A stretch of 64,000 bases of DNA from Isurus oxyrinchus. Lineage: Eukaryota. How positions within the stretch are numbered: position 1 is the stretch's first letter; each line of letters begins with the position of its first letter. The DNA is taken from NCBI GenBank assembly GCA_026770705.1, contig JANJGN010000024.1, positions 26,908,001 to 26,972,000 on the forward strand. Direction: 5' to 3'. The notes under the pieces were generated by a model that had not been told where the DNA came from, did no database searches, and worked only from the letters and a program-made list of their open reading frames with translations. Shown here piece after piece: positions 48,521-61,404 of the stretch. The position numbers were made by a program, and so were the translations under genes.

Positions 48521-49979
48521 TGTAATGTAAACTTCAGGAATGCACACAACTAGAGTTGGAAAATGTGGAAAAGACACAAGCATGGCGTGGAACTTAGGTC
48601 GTACAGATCAAGAGGCCCTTATGTTGAATTGGAGATCGGCCGAGTGTATTAGGTATGTTAGATTTGAAAAATTTTTTGTATTGCTCCAACTTCCTCTAAG
48701 TCATGCTCTTACCATACCCTCTGCCTCACTGTAAACCACAGAATCCCAGGAGGCCTAACTGTACTTCCTGATGTCACCCTTACTCCGAGAACTGCAGAGA
48801 ATTTTCATGCATGAGATGAGTCAAAGTAATGAGGGGATGGGTCAAAACCACAGTTAGGATTACAGATCAAATCAGGCATGAAATGTTGACTGCTAAATTT
48901 ATGTGTCAGAATGTTAAAAAAAATGATCATTTCATCTAGCTTTCTTATGACAGATGGCACAATGATGATAGCAGCTGTCAATCTGCAGACTAACTTCATC
49001 CGCAGCTGTTATTTAATTGGCCTCATTTATATTTAGGTTTCGCTAACATTTTTGAAAGAGTGCTGTGAGTTTACAGCTTCTCTTACATATTTGGGACTGT
49101 GAATGACGCTACATAAATGTAAATTTTTACTTCCTTTCTTTACCACCCTCAGCCAGATGGGGTTTGTCCTCTTACCAGACCATTGGGTTTAACACAGGTG
49201 ACCTCCAGCAGGTCAGTCCAACAGTGTGGTCACATCAACAACATTGTTCATGTTAGGTGCTTTGACAGTGGTGATTGGCCTAGTCAGCTTCGTTCATGAA
49301 ATCTGCCAAAGGCAATTATCAACAGACATACCACAGACTATCCGAATAGACTTCAACTCGCAGAGAAGATTTTTGGTGAGCATGATGGGCAAACGATATC
49401 TTTGAGTTTACAAAGTAATACTGGGTCAATAAGAACACACTATGTACACACTTGTCTGATTCTTTAACGACAATATATCAATGAAGGGAATCCAAAATAG
49501 GGGTCATAAATATAAGATTGTTAACATCAAGAAATTCCGGAGAAACTTCTTTATCCGGAGAATGGTAAAAATGTGGAACTTGATGTTACAAGGTATGGTT
49601 GAGGTGTATAACATGGATAACTTATAGGAAAAGCTATGTAACTACATGAAAGAGAAAGGAATAGAATGACATGCCGAAAGGGTAAGTTAAAGAAAGTCTG
49701 GAGAAGGAGCCTTGTAGAGGGTAAACATTGGCCTAGACTAGTGGGCTGTGTGGCTTGTTTCTGAGCTCTCCATTTTATGTAATATTAAATGAAGCAATGT
49801 CTTGGCTTAACCCAACCAACATGAAATCAAGATTACTGCCATCACTATCCTGAATGTTAATTCAGAAATAATGAGTTATTTTGAGTAGATTTCAGTTCAC
49901 ATCCTAGCAATAGTATAGCTCTTGAGAGGAACATAACCAGGCTAGCAACAACCAGCTATCAGACGGCTTTTTAAAAAAT

Positions 49980-50630
49980 TCTTTCATAGCATATAGGCAT
50001 TGTTGGCTAGGTCAGCATTTATTGCCCATTCCTAATTGCCCTTGAGAAGCTGGTGGTGAGCTGCCAACTTGAACCTCTGGAGGCCATGTGGTATAAAGCT
50101 AAATGGTGCAGGTACACACACAGTGCTGTTAGGAAGAGAATTTCAGGATTTTGGCCCTGTGACAGTGAAGGAATGGCCATATAGTTCCTCAGGAGGATGG
50201 TGTGTGCCTTGGGGAGAAACTTGCAGGTGGTGGTGTTTCCACGAACCTGCTGTTCTTGTCCTCCATTCACAGGTTTGGAAGGTACTGTCGAAGGAGTCTT
50301 GGTAAGTTGCAGCAGTGAACCTTGTGGATGGTACACATCGCTGCTGCTGTGCATCTGTGTTGGAGGGAGTGAATGTTTAAGGTGGTGGATAGGGTGCCAA
50401 TAAATTGGGCTGCTTTGTCCTGGATGGTGTTAAGCTTCTTGACGGTTACTGAAGCTGCACTCATCCAGAGAAGTGGGGAGTATCACACTCCTGACTTGTG
50501 CCTTGTAGATAGTGGACAGGCTTTGGGGAGTCAGGAGGTGAGTTACTCTCCACAGGATTCCCAGCCTCTGTTGCCACAGTATCCATATTACTAGTCCAGT
50601 TCAGTTTCTGGTCAATGGTAAGCCACAGGA
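49980..50630 (-). mobile_element. CR1/L2-clade LINE 3' fragment (same family as 46570)
   Basis: KKLNTIQDKAAQFIG and the same 3' tail. Confidence 0.8.
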
Positions 50631-51199
50631 TGTTGCTTATATTTAAGTAGAGAAGAGAAAAGAGACTGAATAATTAAGTAATATAAGAACAATGCAAGAG
50701 ATTTAAAACATTTCACTTTCTCCTCTGCTTCTATATCCTTCTTGTAGTAAAGAGACCAGAACTGCACACCATGCACCATGGCTGGTCTAACAGAGGTTCT
50801 ACACATGTTTGAAATAATGCAAAAACAGAGAAGTTATATTTCTTTAGAAATGAACTCTATTATTTTTTCTTAATGCCATCATTTGACTGCACTATTACTT
50901 GTAGTGATTTGTATATCTGTATCCCATCTACCCATCTAGACTCATGTTTTCCAAGCAGTATATGTGGCCTCTTTATTCTCCCCACCAAAATGTATCATCA
51001 ATGTTTATCTATATTGAAAGTAATTTGGCAATTACTGGTTAATATCTTGTCTTTTGTTGCAGTTTTCTTCAGTGTTAACTATACCAGCCAATATGGATTC
51101 ATCCGCAAATTTTAAACTTTTGTATTCCACTTCCAGGATCCAAATCACTGTGGACCAATCTCCACCGAAAATCACTCTGAGTTACCCACACTTTAACCC

Positions 51200-52660
51200 A
51201 TCCATGGTACCGCTACTTTTGGATGATGGGAAAAGCTTATAATGGGATGTTTAATTTGTCCATCCATTTGATGGCCCTCTGAGCTGTCGAATGGAGAATT
51301 GAGATGCCTGCTAAAACAGAACTTAGTGAGGAGATTCATGTGATGTGTTCCCAATTGTGTTTCGGGTCTTCCCTCACCTTCCATTTATGGAGCGGGTGGC
51401 TGCATCGTCCATGCCCCATGCAGATTCTGTTGAGTGCTGTCCACTGTCTTTGAGGAAAGTCAAAGCCAGAGACTTCTACTGTTGGGTGTTGGGTCAGTAA
51501 CAAGGTGTTTGTTCTTGCCCCGCTATTGCCCCATTGAATAGTGGATCAATACCATCTGCATGAATATTAGCTGCTGTTTCCCAGAATGGCTGATCTGATT
51601 TTAAGTGGATTGGTGGATTTTTAAGACCTTTGTGAATGGGAAGACTGATATTATTCATAACTTTTTCCATCTCACAATGCATGATATCATTGTGGTAAAT
51701 GATAGGTGGGGCAATGTGGGACAGCACTAGGGACCATTTGAGTCTCCCTGACACAGTCCTTGTGGTGGCACTCAGCTGCATTTCCTTGATCTTTGTGTGA
51801 TGGCTGCAGGTCCATGAGGCATTTCCTGGATGAGTGCAGCTCCAGCAACACTCAAGCGGATCAACATCATTCAGGACAAAGCAGCCCGCTTCACTGGCAC
51901 CCACCCACCACCTTAAACCTTCATTGGCTCCACCACCAATGCACATTGCTAGCAGCATATACCATCTGCAAGATGTACTGCAGCAACTCACCAAGGCTCC
52001 TTCGACAACACCTACCAAATGCATGACTCCTACCACAATGGCAACAGGTGTATGGAAACACCACTACCTATCCTCCTAGCAACACACTATCCTGACTTGG
52101 GACTATGTCACCATTCCTTCACTGTCATGGAGTCAAAATCCTGGATAGCAATGTGGATGGACTTGCACTGCATGGACTGCAGCAGTTCAAAGAGGCAGCT
52201 CACCACCACCTTCTCAACGGCAATTAGGAATGGGGAACAAATGCTGGCCTTGCCAGCAATGCTCCCATCCATGAACAATGAAAGAAAGGCAGAAAAGTAT
52301 TCAGCAGCAGATGGACTCGGGCCATAGTGCAAAGTGTTCTGGCTGTGCTTTCCCATCACATTCCAGCAAGTTTCTGGAGCAGGTTCAGGCTGGTTTTACA
52401 TGTTTGGTTAACCTTGATGAGATGAGGCTAATAGGTGAGAATCCTGTCCAGGCTGACATCCAGCTATTTTGTGTGAGGATCATGGGTAAGTCACTTCTGC
52501 AGAAGGACATGTTGAGTTCTTTCTTGGTGACATTATTGCTCAGGTGGAACGCCGACTCAACTGTCTTCCTGGAGATGGTGGGGCTGCCATATCCAGAAAT
52601 AACATCCCAGTAGATCCAGGTCACTTGTGAGCAACCTCTAGCATTGATACCCACGTCAGC
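51200..52660 (-). mobile_element. Decayed Vingi/Ingi-like LINE ORF remnant, split by a + strand CR1/L2 fragment at about 51815-52280
   Basis: KTVESAFHLSN...ELN, NLLQKLAG..W..TARTL, SAAEY, VLSHIAPP, LKS..PFW and GFDFPQRQWTALNRI..GHGRC...LHKW occur in colinear order. Confidence 0.68.
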
Positions 52661-53398
52661 AGTGACATGTCATTAGTGTAGACAAACCACCAGGATTTGG
52701 TTCAGAGTATGTGTGCTATATAGACATTGAAAAAGGCTAATGTGTCATCCACAGTGACTCATCATTGTCTAGTTTGTTCCAAACTCTGTAGATCACCTTT
52801 TAAGTATTTCCCACTGCTATTGTCACTTTTGGTTTATCATAATTTTTTTTTTGCCTTTCCATTCTTAAACAATTAATCAGCTCTCATCCCTATAGTAACA
52901 GTGTGAAGTTAAACAATGATGTAATAAAACAGATGACCATTAATATAGGTTACCTGAAAGATCAGTTGCTGAGGAGAAGTAGTCAATATAATTTTGCCTT
53001 AAAGTCCTGTTTTGAGTTATATTCGTGAAATGCCCTCACAGTTTTGTAACTTCAACATAGGCCAGAATGGACCAGAATTGTCAAATTGCTACAAAATATG
53101 CATGCATATAGAGTTTTGTTAAAAAAATCTTTAAGTACATTTATCTTGTTCCTGTTTATCTTGTTTCCGGAGATGTTGCCATATCAAGCTTACAGCAATG
53201 TTCTATCATGTTCATTTTATCTCTCATGGTACCATTATCTCTGTTTGCTTATGACATTATGATAACTGGGAATAGAGTGAGAGCTATTTTCTGCACATGT
53301 ACACAGTGTACCGACATCACCATGGTTCCCAGTTTCAAACTGAAAGCTTTAATTGGGCAGCTTTGAATATGGTGTCATGAGACCAAATCCAATTCTTC

Positions 53399-53538
53399 AA
53401 TAAAAGCAAAATACTGCAGATGCTGGAAATCTGAAATAAAAAAAAGAAAATTCTGGAAAAACTCAGCAGGTCTGATAGAAACTGTGGAGAGAGAAACAGA
53501 GTTAATGTTTCAAGTCCATATGACCCTTCTTCAGAGCT
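53399..53538 (-). mobile_element. Penelope tail fragment (other subfamily) with canonical CTGAAGA hammerhead core, decayed
   Basis: Minus strand CTGAAGA-A-GGGTC-atatg-GACTT-GAAAC-ATT-AAC followed by the GCTGAGTTTTTCCAG tail. Confidence 0.7.
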
Positions 53539-56500
53539 CTGAGCACAATAAAAACTTTTGCTTTCTTGTTTAAACAAGGAAGGGATTATTGTAATTGTTT
53601 CCAGGGTAAACAAAAGGAGTGCGATAACAGATGCAGTAAAATGGTATCAATCGTTTCCTAGCATCTGGTGTGCTGAGATAACTGGAGCGAACAGGAGTAA
53701 GAAAGCAATAATAGTACTCGGACTATAAACATGACATCAGCCATGGCAGACAAAAATTTGGAATAGGGACCCAAAAGATACCCCACTGAACTTTTGGTAA
53801 ATAACTTTAAAAACGAATTGATTGAAGTTACAAGAGCTGTTTGCTCTGGAGAGAGAAAGAGAAAGAGTGAGAGAGAGTGGCAGTTGTTTGCATTTATTGA
53901 GAAAATTGATCTGTCCAAATCTACTTTGTTTTGGACTGATGCTGAACATCTAAATCTGATTCTTGCACGTCATCACTCACCTCACCTTTTAAAACTCCAG
54001 GCATTTTGCTTTTCGCAAACGTTTGGAAAGTAACATCCTGTTGGACTGTTGCTTTTGTGTTTAATTAGAGTTGAAGTACTTGCAATTTCTGGAATGCTTT
54101 TTTTGAATTAACACCCTTAAGGGTGTTAATAAGCAGTGACAGGCAGGAGCAGAGAAAATTTGAACTTCAGTTGTTTTGATTGTCCCTCATGGTGGAGTCT
54201 CAGAGATCCCTTTATTCCCCCAGAGCTACTTGAAGGTTCATTAGAGTATGAAAGTTTTAAGCTGCTAAGGTAACTTTTATAAGAATGGAAATACAAATAT
54301 TTATATATGAGTGTTTGTGTGCAAAGAAGTGTTTGTGTGCAAGAAAGCATTTGTATGTTAGCTTTAATGTGTTTTCTTCCCTAAATTGTCATTTGTGTGT
54401 GGAGTTCAGCACTTTGAGTCAAAAGCCTTAGATTATGAGTTGGATTAAAGGAAAAGTACATTCAAACATTCCAATGTTTTGAGTAAAAGATTTGAGTTGA
54501 GATTTATGGCCAAAATCACAATTCCAAAGTAATGTAAAGATAAAACATGTTTTTCCTTTGTTTAAGATGAACCAGCCTTTGCACCACCTCCTTGCAGAAT
54601 AGTAGAGAATAACTTTCCACCAGCTTCCAAGCTGATTGGAACTGATGAATTAGTTTTAGTCCATAGGAATTGGCATTCTAAAAATTCTGAGGAAAATTTT
54701 CCTGAAATTCAAAGAGATTCTAGGAAAACAAAAAGACATAAACATAGGTCTAGGTGGCTTCTATTGTTAAAAAAGGGTTTATTTTGAAGAAGAGATGAAT
54801 TAAATATGAAAGGAAATCTGTAACCCAACTGCACTGTTATTTGAATCTGGGACAACCTTGAGATGTGAAAAGTGGAGTGTAATTTAGCAGGTTACTTTTG
54901 AATAACTAGGATGCTATACAAGATAAAGAATATGTTTAATAAATATATGGGACTTTTAATCTGGATACAAATTTATACACATGAGCAGGATCTCATTTTA
55001 ATTTTGACAGTGCAAATTACAGTTCTTACAAAATTAAAAATTTGAGGCTTGGTTTCCGATAAAGTTCTCAAAGGGGAATTTTTATTTTAAAAGGTTTGAC
55101 AACAATTCATACTAATTCAAATGCTGCAAACCTTTTGTATTTTTAAGTCTGTTCCCAAAATATAAAGTTAAGCTCAAGGCATTGACAAATTTTGGCAGAA
55201 ATCCAATTTTTGGCAGAGTTATGAATCGGGCATAATTTTAAAATGAAGAAAAAAGGTCAGACACAATCTAGTGGGTTACATTTGAGAAAATAAAATGTTG
55301 TTTAAGGAGAAGATAAGGGGAAGGACTTTTGGGACACTCGCCTGACATCAACACATACTATTTTACTCCTGATTAGTTTGGGCTCTTGCCTGCCTGCAGG
55401 ACTTAGAATTCTGCCCAAGGAAGCAAAACAAGTTAATGCCTGGAATCAAATAGAAATGTTTGATTTCTGTTTTAAAAATGTTATGAGAATACTTTATTGG
55501 ATTGTAAAGTCCCTCCAGACAACCTGAACAAGATAAGAAGGTAACTATTGCATGTGTAAGATGAGGAAATGAGTAATGATAGGAGATAGAGCTAGGAAAA
55601 GAGGACACATTATACAAACTTCTTAAGAGAACTGAATTTCATAATCTGGCCATCACCTGAAACCTTGGACCGCACAGGGGGAGATAAGCAAAGTTCTAGA
55701 GACAGGAAGCCCCATTGGCATGGAACGGTTAACATGGCCTAAAGAGGAAGGAAACATTTTAAATGATCCAGATCATAGAGAAACTGACCTTAAGTGAATC
55801 TTAGGATGATCATGGTCAGAAGGTATAAAAAAACTTATAGGTAAAGGTGTAAGGAATCTGTAGTTGAGGCGATTGAAGGGTAAGGAGAAATAATACTTAA
55901 CAACAATTTATCACAAGAAGGATTCAGTTAAAGGGAGAGCTGGAAAAAGGATAATTAGATGTATTACTGACCATATCAATGTGCCTGTGAGCTATAAAAA
56001 GTAAAACCACAGGATTAACATGATGACAGGTAGAGTTAAGCATATCCCAGAGAGAACCGCCACTGGAAGTGAAGATATTAAGGAATTGATGCCGAGGTGA
56101 GACAGCAGCAGGAGATAGAGAACCAAGAAACAAGTGAGGGGAGTGGCTCCCCAGGACATGCCAGAAGTGAGGGATAAAGTAATGGTTAAGGAGACGCTGG
56201 AAAGAATAGAATCTACCCTGTGATGGCAAGGACTTTACTGGATAGCGACACATATATGTTTGGAAGCGTTGGTCACATGTGAAAACTTATATCTCACAAT
56301 CTGTTTCTGTCAGCAGGAAAGCAACCAGAAGCTCGCTTAACTATTTTCTTTCAGGTGAAACCCCAGAGCAATGACAATTTGGAGGATGGCAGCAGCTGTA
56401 CTCATCCTCGCCACAAAATTAATAGCATGGGAGGCGCCAACTGTGAACATCGATAAGGACTTTTGTCTGCATCTAGAGCAGTATGTACAATAATGAAAGG

Positions 56501-56844
56501 AAGGAGCAGAGGGTGGACAAGGAAACTGAGCCTTTGGCTTTCTGATAGAGTCACTACCAGTAGCCATCATGTTATTCAGGTTATATTATCAAGAGGGGAC
56601 AGTCTGACTCAGGTAACATTGCCCCAACGTTTACACTAATGACACGGCTGGAAATGTAGACATAAAGGCAGAATACAACACCAGCTCAGGGATGGCATCC
56701 AACACAGATCTAAACATTGCAAGGGATGGACTAATCTGCCACCATTTGTTTGGGAGTTAAGATTAGAGAGATAATATTGCCTAGAGCAATGTATAAATGT
56801 GTTAATCGATTTGGTTATAACAATATGAGATGCTTTAATTCATC

Positions 56845-57352
56845 AATCACAGAATCACAAAATTATTATGGTTTAGAAGGAGGCCATTCGGCCCATCATG
56901 TCAGCACCAGCTCCCTGAATGAGCATCATGATTCAGTGGCATTCTCCTGACTTTTCCCCGTAACCCTGCACATTGATCATATTTAAATAATCATCTAATG
57001 AACTCTTGAATGCCTCGATTGAATATGCCTCCACCACACTTCCAGGCAATGCATTTCAGACCCAAACCATGTGCTGTGTGAAAACATTTCTTTTCACATC
57101 GCATTTGCTTCTTTTGCAAATCCCTTTAACTCTTTGTCCTCTCATTCTCAATCCTTATATGAGCGGGAACAGTTTCTCCCTATCTACTCTGCCCAAGCCG
57201 CTCATGATTTTGAACACCTCTATCAAATCTCCTCTTAGCCTTCTCTCCAAGGAGAGCAGACCCAACTTCTCCAATCTATCTTTATAACTGAAATTTCTCA
57301 TACCTGGAATGATTTTTGTAAACCTCCTCTGCACTCTCTCCAATGCATTCAC
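56845..57352 (-). mobile_element. CR1 LINE 3' fragment
   Basis: ALERVQRRFTKIIPGM..FSY.DRL.KLGL.SLERRLRGDLIEVFKIM. Confidence 0.88.
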
Positions 57353-57424
57353 TTCCGTTCTAACTTCAAATGACCGCCTCCAGACACTTTCTTCAGAAAT
57401 CCACCACCAGCAACAAAGACCGTT

Positions 57425-57506
57425 CCAATATTTCTTTCTCCACAGATGCTGCCAGGCCAGCTGAGTTTTTCCAGCACATTGGTTTTATTTCAGACCTTCA
57501 GCATCT
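57425..57506 (+). mobile_element. Decayed Penelope tail fragment
   Basis: CTCCACAGATGCTGCCAGGCCAGCTGAGTTTTTCCAGCA. Confidence 0.6.
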
Positions 57507-60500
57507 CTCTCAGCTCATGTTCTAATCAGCTCTATCCAATTCCTAAATTGAGCTTCATTTTCCTATTTAACTATTAAACCATTATATAAAAATTATATAA
57601 AAATAAGGACAGGGCGTACAACTTTAAAATGGGAACTAAAGTCAAATTTCATCTCCTCGTAAATTATGCCTTGTCCAACACTATTCTGCAATTATGTTTC
57701 CCAATGAAGTATGAAGCACTGTAGCTTTATCACAATCACCTAGTCCTATATCTAAAGCTCAAGTCGACTCCAACTTGTAACTCACTGCCATATATTCAAT
57801 ACCATTATATAAACGTGGTTTAAATTGCAGCAGGCAGCTCAAAATTAGTTTTTTGTTTAATAAAAGCCGCTAGTCTTTTGTTATTATTATATAATTGATT
57901 TACAATGACAAGTCAGACTAAAGTGATCCCCTACCTTTCAGCAATTTACCATTCCATAACAATACACAGCTCAATAATGAACCACCTTCCATCAAATCTT
58001 CAGGCTCAGAAGGGCTAAATTTAATGAATAACAACAATTTCATGCATTCATTACTATAATGCTACACGTGAGCAATGCAAGACAGTTTTAGAAAATTTCT
58101 AATGTCTGACTAGGGCTTTCTAATTTTACCTTGGGGACCTGATATGTCAACTAGCCCTTTTATTGCAGAGAAGCTTCAACAGCATCCATAAGACAGTGCA
58201 AGTGTTTTCTGTAAACTGAGATGTAGCTTTGCAATTTAGCTGTCATTCCTCCTCCAAAGCAAGTACCATCAAAGTGGCTGGCATAACACATGCCTCCCGC
58301 CACAGGTCCTGTTGTCACACTAACGACTAATGTCCATCATGTAGTTGCTGAGGAAACTCAGTCTTTGGATAACAATTGCTGGAAAGCATTATCTGAAGAG
58401 GGTTATAAATATGAATATACAAGCTATATACAGAAGATAGGGCTTAACGTAACTGAATTGCAGACAGGCAAGCAGCTAAGGCTGAAGCTCTATGCCTTCA
58501 GCTAGTGGAATCATTTTTCTGTGGGATGTGACGCAGATACAAGCTGTGGTCAAGGACAGTGATAATGCACTCACATTTTATGGTGGGTTGTGCTGCTTGT
58601 GAGAAGCTCCCATTGCCAACCAAGAGGGAACTTAAACTGCAACCACTGTCTACTGACTTGATGAGACTCCTTGAGTGCAAGGTAAGTATGGTGCCTTTGG
58701 CGTAGAGGTGGCTCCAAGGTGACATAGTACTGCAGGGCACTGTTAATGATCGATGAGACACAATGTTTAAAGGAATATAGCAGAGGAGACCTGTCATGGG
58801 GGTGGGCAAAAAGGTCAAATTCTTCCCACTCAGCTCCAGATAATACAGCAAGCCACAACTCTAACTGGGTACGATGTTCAGCTAGGGCCAAAGTGCTTAT
58901 CAAAGTACTGATAAGCTACTCAGTTTCAGCTGGTTAAATTCCAGTAGTATCTCCAGGTACGCTTGTTCTACCAACTTGAGCCAAAGTTTTTTGAACCTGG
59001 GTAGTGGGCTGTGCAGCTCCTTGGAGAGAATGTGCACTCCTGACCAGGCAAGCAAAAATTTTGCTGATGAACATTTCTTAGTAGCTTCGTTCAGAGACTC
59101 AAGTTGCTGATGGGTTTCCAAATATGGCAGATATCCAGCTGGCCATAAGAAAGCAGTCGCTGGTGAAAAGTACACACAGGCAACTAGACACAGAGAAAAG
59201 CTGCCTTCATGGCCAATATTTGTAATGTCATTGCAGTATATAAGCTGTGAAGTTTTTAAGATTAGTTTTGCTCAAGAAACACACTAAATCCATTTCTTTC
59301 ATAGTGTTAAACAAAAAGATAGCCAGGAATTAATGACCCCGACCTTGACCTCAACCTATCAATTAATTCAAGCATTTCATCCCAAACTTCAACATAATCT
59401 ATAGGTTAGGTTTGCAATAGATTTAGAGAGAAGGTATTCACTTTATGTGATTGGGACTATTAGTTGATCACCATGTCCAACCATGAAACAAAACCACAGG
59501 CATCCTGTAAATTCTGTCTCTTCCGGATCTTTAATTTTTTCATTCAAAAAGTATTCCATGTTCTTTAGTAAAATAAGTAGTCTCACAGGGTCTTTCTGTA
59601 AGTGGAGTGTTATATAGAAGCAGACCTGTTAATGGCCATTACAATCTGATTTCACCGCTTCCTATCATAAATTAAATTGAGAAATCAGCTTTCTGCCCCG
59701 AGCGATGTGCTTGCAGCATAATGAGGTCTTCAATTAGCACAGCAACAATTAACTTTTAAAGGGACATTGCTTTTTTAAAAAATTGTTCTTGGGATGTGTG
59801 CCTTGTTAGCAAAATCAACATTTATTGCCATCCCTAATTGCCTTTGAGCGCATACTAGTGAGCCACCTTCTTAAACCACTGCAGTCCACACGGTGTAGAT
59901 ATACCCTCAGTGCTGTTAGGGATAGAGTGGCAGTGGTGACGAAAGCTGATGCTACTGGCAGGGCATTTCAATTAAGTGTAAACACCAGATGTATAGGAAG
60001 CAGAAAAATTTCAATTCTGCTAAACAGTTGCTGCTACACTTCATCAGAATGATCAAAAAGACAGATCTGCAGTCAACTTGCATGCAGCATCCTACCTGAT
60101 GGGGAACACAGGCCATGCCAATAATCACTACTGCATTTCACCTGCTGAGTAAAGAGCCACATGTAAAACCCATTTACATGGCACCCATTTCCACATTAAA
60201 AAAATATGGAGACTAGCCCCTCAACATAGCAACTGATAGTGATTATATCTGTTAAGATTCCAGATGGCCAAGTGCTTTGTTTGATAAACATATCAGAAAA
60301 AGTAGAGCAGACCCTACAGTCCAGAACCTGCTCCATCATTCAATAATGTCATGGCTGAACTTCCCCCAAAACTATTCTCAGGTCCTTTGATTCTCCTATG
60401 TATTGATCTCAGTTTTGCATATACAGCGCATCTGAGAATCCACAGCTTGTAGGGTGGATTCCAAAAATCAGAACCCTCTAAGTGAAGAAATTTCTCATCT

Positions 60501-61404
60501 CATTGCTAACTGACCAATCCCTTTGGTCTCCAGTTCTAAACTGTCTAGCCAGGGGAAACAACCTCTCAACATGTCTTGTCAAGCTACTTTCTTGCTAACA
60601 TCACTGTCTGTAAGTTCTCCATTTTTTTCATGGTTCATTTGTAACTGCCCCTTCTGCATCCATGTCTGTCCAGTATTCAGGCAACTATTATCTCATTCTG
60701 TGTGTGTGTTGTGGTATGTCCATAACAGCGTCAGCCATCTCTGTACATCGCATGGATGTCAGTGCGCTTGTGACCACCATACATTCAGCATGTATTCTCC
60801 GCTAGGCATCTATTATTGGCCTATAATCTCTCAATGCCTGTTGTGCATCAATTCAACTGTCCCTGCACTGGAGGACTCAGATGACTAAAAACAGTCTCAC
60901 ATCTTGCAGATTCTAATGAAGAGACAATTTTTAAAAAATTTTGAACTGTAGTTCACCAGGGAGGTGATAGCATTCCTTATGGCTCAACAGGGTTTTATCA
61001 TTTGCTGACCTGGATACTTGTTTACATGCCACTTCCTTCCAAAAAACTGCACAAATTGGAATGATGCAGTGCCTTACAGGCTCAGTATTTTCTATAGTGC
61101 AGTGGCCTTTTCCCAAAGGGCAGCAAACAGCAGAGTGGTATAATGCTAGACTCCAAAAAGAAAGTTATATAAATTACGGAATAGAAGGCATTTTCAAGTT
61201 TTTTTTTCCTAAGTGCTTTGACTTCAAAGGTCACCTGCATTGCGTTGGAATACATGGTTAATTTATAATTCAGAAATCAGAATGCACTCAGATGGTAAAA
61301 GGATTCTGAAGTCCAATTGGACAGGGACCAAGGATTCTGAAGCCAGTAGGTCAGATGCTGATCTAACAGGAAATCCACCCAATTACTGACAATGAGCCAT
61401 CAGG

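Noticed and set aside
53560-56330. Possible very old LTR-element gag region (TGGTATCA at 53642, purine-rich 55.6-56.3 kb)
   Set aside because: No LTR pair, intact zinc knuckle or convincing motif. Too decayed to support by eye.
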